Program-made: the position numbers and the translations under genes
Shown: piece after piece, positions 1 to 10,294 of the stretch
How the letters are laid out: each line of letters opens with the position of its first letter
Numbering within the stretch: the stretch's first letter is position 1
Notes under the pieces: generated by a model
What the model saw: the letters and a program-made list of their open reading frames with translations, nothing else
What the model was told of the DNA's origin: nothing
Databases searched by the model: none
NCBI GenBank assembly: GCA_051530055.1
Contig: CM121343.1
Coordinates: 7,752,152-7,816,151 of the forward strand
DNA length: 64,000 bases
Direction of reading: 5' to 3'
DNA from: Neoechinorhynchus agilis
Taxonomy: Eukaryota; Animalia; Acanthocephala

Positions 1-900
1 ATATGACTGCGGCCATTAAGGAGGTCAATTATCTGCGAGCTAAAAAACGGCTTCTCGCTCTCTTAACTTTTCTTGAAGACGCACTCCCTATGATGGGTCT
101 GCAGCTGAACCCCAAGAAAACCCAGTTTATTATTAAATCCAAGTCACGGACGGGCAAAATAAAGCTTTTGGAGGCATTCAACAATTTTTTGGTACCAATA
201 TTAACAAAACCTCCTCTAAGCTGACCATTTTGGGTTATTCATTTACGGCTAATTTCTCCCCCTTTCATGACTTAGCCAAACTTAAAAAATAATTAAAACT
301 TGCGAACATAAAGGCACGAAGACCTCAACGGATAGGCCTTCCTTTGAAGTGTATTCGTTCAGTTTGGAACGCATGGGCTATTTCGGACCTTGTTTTTACT
401 CCTGCGGCCGACCACCTGACCAACGTATGGTATTCCGCGATACCTTCCTTAAAGCTCTCCAACATCTTCAATACCCTTGGGCGCATACTACAGATTGGTC
501 CGACAAAACGTACCGATGGATCGACTTTAAAATATCCTGAATCGCTATCCTCACTGTCCGATCCAAAATTTGTAAATACATTGCGATTCCTAACGAATAA
601 ATCCTTGTTGTGCCGATCGATACTTGGCCCGCATCACATCTTCTCCTTCTTTTTGGGAATCATACCTCTGATGCGGCCTACGCTCCCTTGAACTCCGTCT
701 TGGTAGCGTGATTGGTCGAGCCGCCCTTGCCATTCGCATGTCCGTTATCGAATATGATTTCGGTCGGAACTCTAAAATGGCGCAAAAACTGTTTTTAGTT
801 TGTTGATCGTTTCGAACGCCGATGTTGAACTTATCGGAATGATCTCTGGCCAATGATTATAGGCATCTATAAGGACTAGATAAAGTTGCTCACCGATTGG
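1..900 (+). mobile_element. Decayed non-LTR retrotransposon RT/thumb remnant (L1/Tx1-like)
   Basis: GLQLNPKKTQFI (post-YADD RT motif), then ILGYSF...LAKLKK and IGLPLKCIRSVWNAWAISDLVF, resembling the L1/Tx1 thumb region. Broken by frameshifts and stops. Confidence 0.4.
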
Positions 901-912
901 TTCTGCGAAATC

Positions 913-3900
913 TTAGTGAATTCGAGCCCACGATTCCTCTAGTACATCCCATTGGTACATTGGAGCCTCCTCGGAATCAGGCCTCCTGCTTTGACAACTT
1001 TTGCACGTTCCCAGCTTATGTTCTATGTCCTCATGGATGTTGGGCCACCAACAGTAGTATCTCGCCAGATCAGTCATTGCTAAGATTCCTGGGTGTCCCA
1101 TATGTAAGACATCTAGTGCTTTACTTTCAATGCCTGAGGAATCACTAGACGCTCTAACCACAGGATTACTACGTCCTCTAACGATAATTTGTGTCTCCGA
1201 GAGGAATGTTGACTCAACTCTCGAGGTACGATCAACGACCAACCGTTCACTAAGTAACGTTTCACTCTCCGCAGTTCCGGATCCGATTCGGCTGTGGCGC
1301 GCATCTTTTTCAAGCTCAGCTCCATCTCGCTCATCATGTAATTCTGCATCATGTTGATTTCATGATCTTCTTCGTCGGTAGGAGCACATATCAGCTATTC
1401 GATTGTTTTGTCCTCTGACAAATTCGAGTTCATAATTATATTGAGATAGTTCGATACCTCAACGGATTAAACGCTGGTTCGTCATCTTAGCTAAGTTCCG
1501 GTTAACTCCATAAATGTATTTCAACGGTTTGTGATCACCTTAAATTTCCGGCCTACTAAGTATTGGTGGAATTTCCGCACAGCGAAAATTATGGCTAAGT
1601 CCTCTTTTTTCACTTGGGCGTAATTCTTCTCTAGACTCTTGAGAGTTCTAGAAGCATAGGCAACCGGTAACGCATTCCCATCAGCCTGCACCTGTATTAA
1701 CACCATTCCAAAACCCTTATAGCTTGCGTCACGCCATAACTCGGTTTGTTTCTCCATTTGGAACGTTTTGAAAACTTGAGCATCCATTAGGGATTCGCGC
1801 ACTTCTTGGAAGGCATGCTCGTGTTCGGAATTCCACTCCCAGGCTCTTCCTTTGTTGGTTAGTTCATATAGTGTCTTACATTTAGACTGTAGTTCTGGAA
1901 TGAATTTGTTCAGAAAATTGACTGCTCCCAGAAACGACCTTAGTTCCCCTTTATTTGATGGTCGCTGTAAGGCCAAAATTGCTTGAATCTTTTTTTTACT
2001 TGGTTGAATGCTATCGCGATGTAATGTGTGTCCCTGGAATTGTATTGTGTTTTGTAGGAACACGCACTTTTGACGATTTGATTTCAATTCCACTCGATTG
2101 AATCTATTGAATACTTCGGACAGGCTTGATAAGTGGTCCTTGAGGGTTTGACCCGTAATCAGCACATCGTCGAAATAAATTGCGAATCCAGGGATTCCTT
2201 CGAGTAGTTCATCCATATAACGTTGGAAGGCTGCTGGTGCTGAACTGATTCCAAGAGGTAGTCTTTTATAGCGGAAAAATCTTCGATGGATAGAAATTGT
2301 CAAGTATTTTCTCGAGTTCATGTTGACAGGCTGCTGCAAATACGCGTCCTTTAAATCGAGCCTGGAGTATTGTTCTCCTCCCGCAATTTGGTTCACAACC
2401 TCCTCCCACGTAGCAATGGCGTAGCTATCGATTGATAGATATGGATTAATTGTGACTCTAAAATCACAGCATATCCTGATATCACTGTTAGGTTTCCTAG
2501 CAATCACAATTGGTGCGACCCAATCGATTGAGTCTTTACGCAAATCCACTTTTTCCAGGATATTTGCTTTCAATTGCCTTATCAACTCTTTTTCCACTTT
2601 GTCTTTCAATGTCAGTGTAATTCGCCAACTAGTCCATCTTCTTGGTGTTGCATTTAAGGCGATCGCTAATGATATTTCTGTATTGTTAACCGGAGCGGCC
2701 GAACAGTCAAAAACCGATTTATGTTTCATTAATAACTATACGATTGAGTGAATGACGGAACCTCCGCATGTTCCAACCTGCTGACAAGGTAGACTATGAC
2801 GCACATAACTCTGCCATGGGATTTCAAAAGCATTAATCCAAGGGCGCCCGAATAAGCTGTACTTGCCGTTCCGCACTACCATTACCTCCAATAGCCTTTG
2901 TCTCGTTCCCAAAATCACATCGATGTTGCGTTTCCCCAGTTTATGCAAACATTTGCCACCATACGCCCGCAGGGGTTTAACAGGAGTCAGGGTCGGCTGT
3001 CCTATCCTACGCCAATCCATCATGGTTAACACGGACACACACTGGCGCCCATGTATCATATTCCGTTGTGATTGTTATTTATTTATTTGGACATCTAGCT
3101 CGGGAATATGATCCTGTCCTTCCGCTGTACTGTGTACATCCGATATCGCGTTCAGCTCTTCCAGTTGATCTGAAGGATTCCGCGATCGACAACATGATCA
3201 AAAATGGCCCTGACGCTGGCACTTGAAACATTTTTGTTTCTAGCTGGACAATTCTGTTGATAGTGTTCGAGTCCGCATCTTCCACTACGTCCCAGTTCGA
3301 GGTGCTCGACCTTGGTTGTATCTTGCTGTCCTCCGACTGATTCTGTCAGGGATTCTCGACTTACCCACCTTTCCTTCCATGACGTATCTTTCGACATTTC
3401 GAAAGTATCACATATTTTGATCACGTCATTCAAGGAAGGTGCTCTCATTTGGAGAATCTGGTTTCTGACTACATCGTGCAACGTTCTCATAACTATTTGA
3501 TCACTGATGTGGTCATCGATTGCTTCTTTTTCCGAACTGATCGATTTGTTCAAAAATTCGCACAATCGAGCTTTTTCCCGTAGATTCGCGATCCAGTAAA
3601 CATACGACTGACCGTTTTTCATTTCGCACTGACTAAATGCAAAACGTGCCGCAACAAAATGAATTGGCCCCGCGTAGTGCACGTCTGCTAGCTCTATTAG
3701 CTCTTTATAAGTGTACTCATTGACCTCCTTACCGGCGCAGATACTCGCTATCAATTGATATGTGCTCGGACCGACCCAAGAGAGAAACATATCGCTCATC
3801 ATTATTCGACTACAGACACCTTGTGCCGCAAAATGAAAGTCCAACTGCTGCTTGTAGTTTCGCCAACTCTCTTTTTCCTCCTGAAAGGGGCGGAAAATCG

Positions 3901-3950
3901 CTGCTCTATCTTGGCCACTCCCTCGTCAACAACTGCTGCAATAGTTGTAA
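913..3950 (-). mobile_element. Ty3/gypsy LTR retrotransposon, Mag/K02A2.6-like, decayed and 3'-truncated in the integrase
   Basis: Gag (3152-3844), protease region (2736-3059), RT with RLDLKDAY, YKRLPLGISSAP and YFDDVLI plus RNase H (1521-2729), and integrase HHCC (LHMGHPG...CKSC, 913-1242), in gypsy order. Confidence 0.9.
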
Positions 3951-4008
3951 AGATAAAATCCATGAGTATGTGGCGGTGGGAAAAAATTATATCAAAGAAT
4001 GACTTTAT

Positions 4009-4050
4009 TTGAAATATTTCGTCCAATCACAATGGACTTCTTCAGTCAAT
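4009..4050 (-). ncRNA. Penelope-type type I hammerhead ribozyme
   Basis: Minus strand reads auuga-CUGAAGA-a-gucca(uugugau)uggac-GAAA-UA-UU-ucaa: full core, 5-bp stem II, palindromic AUAU stem III and 4-bp stem I. It lies at the 3' end of a GIY-YIG fragment. Confidence 0.7.
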
Positions 4051-4265
4051 TATCTAAAAAGGAATTTGGCAACCTCAATGGGGAATAATCTGTCTTGTTT
4101 CCCTCGAAAGTATTGGCTCCCTGAATGTACGTGGCCTCGATAATAACACGCTCAACCTTATGGTCATTGCGTGTCAACACATATGCGTCGTTATTATCGA
4201 TATTATGGCCCGTAGTCAGAGAGTGGGAAACCACAGCGGAGTTCGTGCCCTGTTTCTTCAGTGAA
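4046..4265 (-). mobile_element. Penelope-like element GIY-YIG endonuclease C-terminal fragment
   Basis: SAVVSHSLTTGHNID...ERVIIEATYI matches the C-terminal half of the PLE endonuclease. Cut on its 5' side by satellite DNA. Confidence 0.7.
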
Positions 4266-5695
4266 TAGCGATTTCCGACGTTAATAAAGCAGCCATCGAT
4301 CATCCCTTATGTTCATTTAGTACATCTCAACGCGCTGATTCAAAATCTAGTTTAGGATTTGCGATAGCTGTCATGGTTCTTGAGTTATTCGTCTTTCAAT
4401 TTTTACACCAATAACTTTGATTACGGACATCAAAACGTCAAGGAATTTTAAATCAAATAAACTTTTCTAGATCTACAATTAAAGCAGATTTCACCTGCAT
4501 TTAATGTTTTTTGTGGCTATGTAAATCTTAACATTTAGTTTGAAGATTGATGTTCATAAAATGCACATGAATTTAATCCATGGTGCGGTAACGCGGCATA
4601 GATCTTATATAACATTGAGAGCATATCTAATGCGCTGATTTCAATGGTATTATCCAATTTTAATTACTCTTGCAAATTTAGTAATCTTTTACTGTGATGA
4701 CTTTTGACGGAATACAACAATGCGGTTTGCGGCGTTAATAATATAGCTTTTGTTCATCGATTTTGTCCATATAGTGCATCTCGACGCGTTGATTCCTCAT
4801 ATGTTTTCAGATTTTCGATAGCTACCGCGGTTCTTGAATTATTCGTCTTTCAATTTTTAGACCAATAACCTTAATTAAAGATATCAAAACGCCAATAAAT
4901 TTCAGATCAAATTAACTTTTATAGATCTAATTTAAAAGCTAATTTCACCTGTATTTACGGTTTCTTAGCTTTGACAATCTTAAACTTTTGGCTTTTATAT
5001 TGATGTTCATAAAAGACACCTGAATTTAATCAATAGTGCTATGACGCGGCTTAGATCTTATAAAATAATTGGAGCACATCTGATGCGCTGATGTCAATGG
5101 TACTAACCAATTTTAATGAATCTTGCAAATTTAGTGATTTTTCAGTGTTATAACTATGTAAGGAATATAACAATGCAATTTCCGACGTTAATAATATAGC
5201 TGCCGTTTATCGATTATGTCCATATAGTTCACCTCGACGCGCTGATTCCAAACCGGTTTTCAAATTTGCGATCGCTGCCACAGTTTTTGGGTTATTCGTC
5301 TTTCAATTTTTACATTAAGAACCTTGATTAATGATATTAAACCTAAATTAATTTCAAATCAAATTATCTTTTATACATGTTCTTTTGAAGCTGATTTCAC
5401 CTGTATTTACTGTTTTTTATAGCTTTGTCAATCTTAAAATTTTGTTTGAAGATTGATGTTCATAAAAGCCACCTGAATTTAATCCGTTGTGCGATGACGC
5501 GGTTCAGATCTAGTAAAGCATTTTAAGCATATCCGATGGTCTGATTTCAATGGTATTATCGAATTTTTGGTGAAACTTGCAAATTTAGTGATATTTCACT
5601 GTTATAACTATTTACGAAATATTACAATGCGATTTCCATCGTTAATAATATAGCTGTCGTTTATCGGTTATGTACATATAGTTCATCACGACGCG
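4266..5695 (-). repeat. About 3 divergent copies of the 454-bp satellite, inverted relative to the main array
   Basis: gcaaattta recurs at 4672, 5125 and 5579 (period 453-454). The reverse complement matches aaccatgatagctatcgcaaatcc...aatcagcgcgtt..gatgtacta of the 52-62 kb array. Confidence 0.9.
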
Positions 5696-5699
5696 GCGA

Positions 5700-5995
5700 G
5701 TTCAAGGCGACGAGAGATGATGGCTGGGGTAGAGAAGGCGTAAACCGGACGGTGTCACAGTATTCCCGTGGCGAGAAGGAAAATGCCTTAGCAACATAAA
5801 ATTCGTCACTATTAAACCAGGGGAGCAGCAACCGCCGCTGAGGAACGCAAAAGGTCCAAATACAGGGACCTGAGTCGAAATCATTATTGTGCTCCCTTTG
5901 GCGTCGAGACGCTCGGGTTGTTTGGTACCGCGGCGCGAGACCTGGTCAAGCAATTGTCTAGGAAATTGAGACGAATCACTGGCGATAGAGTTTGC
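5700..5995 (+). mobile_element. CRE-clade non-LTR fragment (restriction-like endonuclease region)
   Basis: RKPDGVTVFPWREGKC...AEERKRSKYRDL...PFGVETLG. Nucleotide similarity to 42754-43212. Confidence 0.85.
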
Positions 5996-6830
5996 CACCT
6001 GATCGAATTTTAGAGGAAAGGAAGTTTCTGCGGGCGATAAGTATTTTCTTAGTAAGTGCGTTTTGTAAACAGGGAGAGTCTGGAGAGTTATTGCGATGGG
6101 CCTTCGAAGCTTGCCTTTGTAGAAGTTTCAAAATGGGGGTTATCCATAGTGGATCGCCGTTGGAGATCCTAATGAATTTCCTGTGAATTACCGAAATTAG
6201 GGAATTTTTTATGATTGAGATTACGGAGAACATGGCTAAGGAATGGTCATTTGTGTTGTCAGAGTGGAATGCGCGAATATTAGAGTTAAACAACTTTATA
6301 AAATTTTGGATGTGACGATCACGTTTATCCCAGACGAGAAAACGAGGAGATTTCATACGCTGAGGTGGGGTGGTAGGAGTAATAAGGGCAGAAGAGTGGT
6401 CAGAGTTCGCGTGGGGAGGGAGTTTAGAGGCGGATGAGTAGGCGTCGATATTTGTGAACACTTTGTCGAGGTGAGCGTCAAGACGAGTTGAGAAACTCGG
6501 AGAAGGGCGAAAGAGGAAATAGCTTATTGAAGCACCCTGTAATTAAGAAATGGTGTGAATTTGTGGAGTTTGAGCTCCATCATTGAATCAAGTTGGCGCA
6601 AAGAGGACTCAGGGCGAGGGACAGGAGGGCGATAGGTTTCAGCAATTGTGAATTCTCTAAGCCTATTTCCTAGAGGAGCTATGAAATGGAATGCGATGAA
6701 TTCTACATCGGAGTTTTACAGCGACCCTGTGAGAGATGAAGAGTATGGTAGCGATTGCCATACGTAAAGTAAAACCCATCTCCTGGACGGTAGTCGCGAT
6801 AATTATGGAAGGATGACTAGAAGATCCTCT
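5996..6830 (-). mobile_element. CR1/L2-like LINE ORF2 fragment (AP endonuclease plus linker)
   Basis: AETYRPP, LITGCFN, LDKVFTN, LPPHANSDH and PLWITP motifs. Frameshifted. Confidence 0.7.
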
Positions 6831-7153
6831 TTCTTGAAAGTCATTACACCAGCAAAATTCACCGAATCAGAAATAGAAACAATGACTTATAACATGTTTT
6901 CAGATTAATTGCTTTATTATGCATATTTAGGATTATTTTATGGACTTATATCGAAAGAACTATGATAAGGAAAAGAGCAACAGCAAAAAAACGATTCAGC
7001 TTTAAAAGTGGATCAAGAAAAGTTAATTGAGAATCCATTTATATTTTTATCTAAATAATCAAGGATTATATTATCTTATTTCTGAAAATGTCGATATGTG
7101 TGGTACCGGGGAAAGTGATTGGAAGTATTGTTTAGGTCTCCACCCGGTAAATG

Positions 7154-7266
7154 ATTATTTATTAAAGACGTTTCGAACCTCATCGGGTCCATCATCAGTT
7201 TGTAACAAACAAACTGATGATGATGATGAACCCGACGAAGTTCGTAGAACGTCTTTAATAAATAAT
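7154..7266. ncRNA. Fold-back pair of Penelope-type hammerhead motifs (intact on minus strand ~7163-7203, degenerate on plus strand ~7209-7256)
   Basis: About 50-bp inverted arms around a 5-bp spacer. The minus arm reads acaaa-CUGAUGA-u-ggacc(cgauga)gguuc-GAAA-CG-UC-uuu. Confidence 0.7.
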
Positions 7267-7350
7267 TATCTTATTTCTGGCTAGCAGGTTACATATTATT
7301 CTTTTTATTCAGGCGAAATAAAGAAAAATGATTTAATTTAATTGATAATT

Positions 7351-7560
7351 TCAAAGGGGACGAACAATCGCTGAAGGGAGGAAACTCACAGGTGAGTCCC
7401 GTCTTCTAGAGAGGTGCCTGAGAATCCGCAGGGATACAAAACTCGTAACCGTACAGCTAATGGTCTAAGTGGTTTCATCACTTCCCTGGCCCGGAAAGGT
7501 GGGCTGTGCCATCAAGGAAAATTATCGACCGTGTAAGGGATGCTCACTTCAACACTTAGA
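7351..7560 (+). mobile_element. 5'-truncated copy of the tRNA-derived SINE (full copy at 33516-33810)
   Basis: Colinear with 33607-33800: tcaaaggggacga...tcgctgaagggaggaaactca...tgagtcccg...ttccctgg...gggctgt...aaggaaaattatc. Confidence 0.65.
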
Positions 7561-7742
7561 GAATAATCAAGGATGTTTGTCTAAAAATTGATACACGTAT
7601 AACTCGGGAACCGTGATAGCTATCACTAAGTGCATATTTTATTACAAACGTATTATACTCATTAAAAAATCAAAAAGTCCTTTTGTTTTCCTTTACGTTC
7701 ATATTTTAAGAATCATACAGAATTGTCTTCGGGTAGAATTTG

Positions 7743-9665
7743 ATTCGAGTTTGGCGATGTTTTCCCCCGGATTGTTGTTGGTGTTGATCATTTATTTTAA
7801 AATATTTCGTAAGCTTTTTGCTTACCTCTTCAATTATATCTACAAATTAAGCTAAAAGTCAAAATTGGACTATAGGAGTGGATAGCTGCGGTGATCTAAC
7901 GTTTTGTTTTGTCCTGAATTTTGGGAAGTACAAGCGTATGATTCGCTTTGTTACTCTCCATGGTTACATTCCCTGTGATGTATATTGCCTCCATTACCAA
8001 TCTCCTCCATAAATTAGCCTCAGGCTATATTATTGATGCTCATGTCCGAAGTCCACACGGTGTTTTTCCTTCTCCTGATGATTGGAGATCGCTGAGGAAC
8101 CATCAAACCTCCTGCGCGCCTGCTTGTGTTGTGTTATTCTTTTGGACAATCCTTGCATCGTTTGTCCCAAATAGATAGGATCACATTCCATGCACGGGAT
8201 TTTATATACCTCCCTTGTACATTCTCTACTGTTCTTCTTCTTGAGTAATCCTGTGTTAGTTGAACCTTTGCTGTACGATATTCTTAGGTTCGGATATTTT
8301 CCCTTCAGTCCATTTAGCTTCTTACTTGCCGTTTTGCTCACGATCTTAAGAGATGCATGCATCTTGGGTTCAGCTGTCTTGCTTTCTTTTACTCGTTTTG
8401 GACTGTTGATTCGTTGCATGCCCCGCTTGATTATCCACCACGGTTATCCTCTTGATTTAAGCACTTGTGTTATGTTGCGATATTCTTGATTGGGTGTGCT
8501 CACTTTTGACGTTATTTGTTTGACTCGTTGGAAGTACGAAGTTACTGTGGATAGTTTGTGTCGCATTGGCTGGTGACTGGTCCATACTATGGGTCCCCAA
8601 GGTAAGTTGGGTTTATGGTACATCGACGTTTCGACTGTACCTCTTTTTCCCAGATTCATTAGAACATCCAGGAAAGAGATGTGACCATTTTCCTCTTGCT
8701 CAACTGACCATTGAATATCGCTATTTCATTTAAATCTTCCTTAAGTCTGTTATGGTCGATATTAAGGTTCGTAATGATGAATGCATCATCCACATATCTT
8801 CTCCTCAACCTATGATGTATCGTTTGGAGGTTAGAAACTTGTCCTCCCATTTGCGCATATAAAGGTCTGCCAGGACTGGTGCTAGAGACGATTCCATAGC
8901 CACACCATCACACTGATCATAATATTTGTGATTGAATTCGAATGACGTTTTACACGTACACCAACTTAGGAGGTCCAGTCTGGGTTCAGGACAATTCTGT
9001 TCTAGTAAATAAGCAGCCATATTCATTGTCTCCACTAATGAGATGTTAGTAGATAGAGAATTAACGTCCGCTGTGAAAAATTGATGTTCGTGATGTTGTC
9101 CCTGTCTGATGAAAGCAGCGAAAGCTGAGCCATCGGCAATATACGAGGTCGCAGGTGGTTGAGATTGCCGAAGTATGCTATTGATTTTCTTTGCCAATTT
9201 GTGATTAAACGTATCATATGAAGCGATGATCGGACGGAATTGTAAACTCGGCTTATGTATTTGAGGGGATAAATACATAAACGCGCTCGATGCGGATGTG
9301 GATCTCGTTTGCTGATGAAAGATATTCTATATGAGCGACGAATTGACTAATCTTCTTAACATCGAGTTCAGTTCCGTCTCCCTCTTCCTTGTAGGGTCAT
9401 AATGGAGTTCCTTGAATTTTTGAGATGAGAGTATATTGTGGGCAGCCATATTGTATTCATCTAAATCGACGGCGACTGTGTCTCTTCCTTTGTCTGATTT
9501 TAAATGGCAATCGATTCGATTGATCCACTCCTATAGTCCAATTCTGACTTTTAGCTTAATTTGTAGATATAACTGAAGCGGTAAGGAAAAAAGCTTACGA
9601 AATATTTTCAAATAAATGATCAACACCAACAACAAACCGGGGAAAAACCATCGCCAAACTCGAAT
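7743..9665 (-). mobile_element. Penelope-like element (RT plus GIY-YIG, frameshifted) bounded by ~140-bp inverted repeats
   Basis: KSDKGRDTVAVD, PQIHKP...RPII, DVNSLSTNI, DGVAMESSLAP, RRYVDD, VYKIPCMECDPIYLGQT...RITQH. Inverted repeats at 7743-7882 and 9523-9665. Confidence 0.9.
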
Positions 9666-10294
9666 TTAAAGAATGTTTAATTAAAATCGTGAACATTTTT
9701 ATTTGATATTATAGATTTCTTTTCACTAGAATTGTTTATCAGTTATTTTGTATTTGTAAAAAGTTAAGAACGCACAGAGTACTATATTCTTCGCTTTCTA
9801 AAATACTGTTTAAATCTAGTGCACTTAAATGAAATCTAAATTAATTTTTGTCTGATTTTGGTACTAATTCGTGTAATGATTTCGGATGAACTTTTCTTAC
9901 ATTACACTTTTGTTCTTTATCTGAGTTTTCGTTGAATCACTTGTCTAGATGAGATGAAACGCGTTTTTCTTTATAGTAAACTGTTGAGTGTATTATCGTT
10001 ATTCTTAGTCTACTATTATTGCATATCTTTATTGTCTATGAATTTTGGAATAAGTGATACCACTTTGAATTTCTCATGATGAATTCTACTTGATAATAAC
10101 ACGTTTATTCATCAAAGCAGAGAATAAGACCCATGTCACGGGTGGTTTCTCTTGTACTTTCATTGGAGTAAATAAGGCATTGCGGCGATTGATTGAGCAA
10201 CCACTGTTTGTTGGGCTTGATTTGATGATTTTAAGAAGATCCACGCCCTCTCCTACTCCGCGGCGCTCAAAACACTCTGGGCTATCTGTTTAGA

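Noticed and set aside
7432-7441. AATCCGCAG resembling a group I intron Q element
   Set aside because: It is not conserved in the second SINE copy, and no P, R or S elements are present.
9107-9130. CTGATGA...GAAAGCTG hammerhead-like string
   Set aside because: It is antisense to PLE RT coding sequence, has no stem II or stem I, and has G at the cleavage position.
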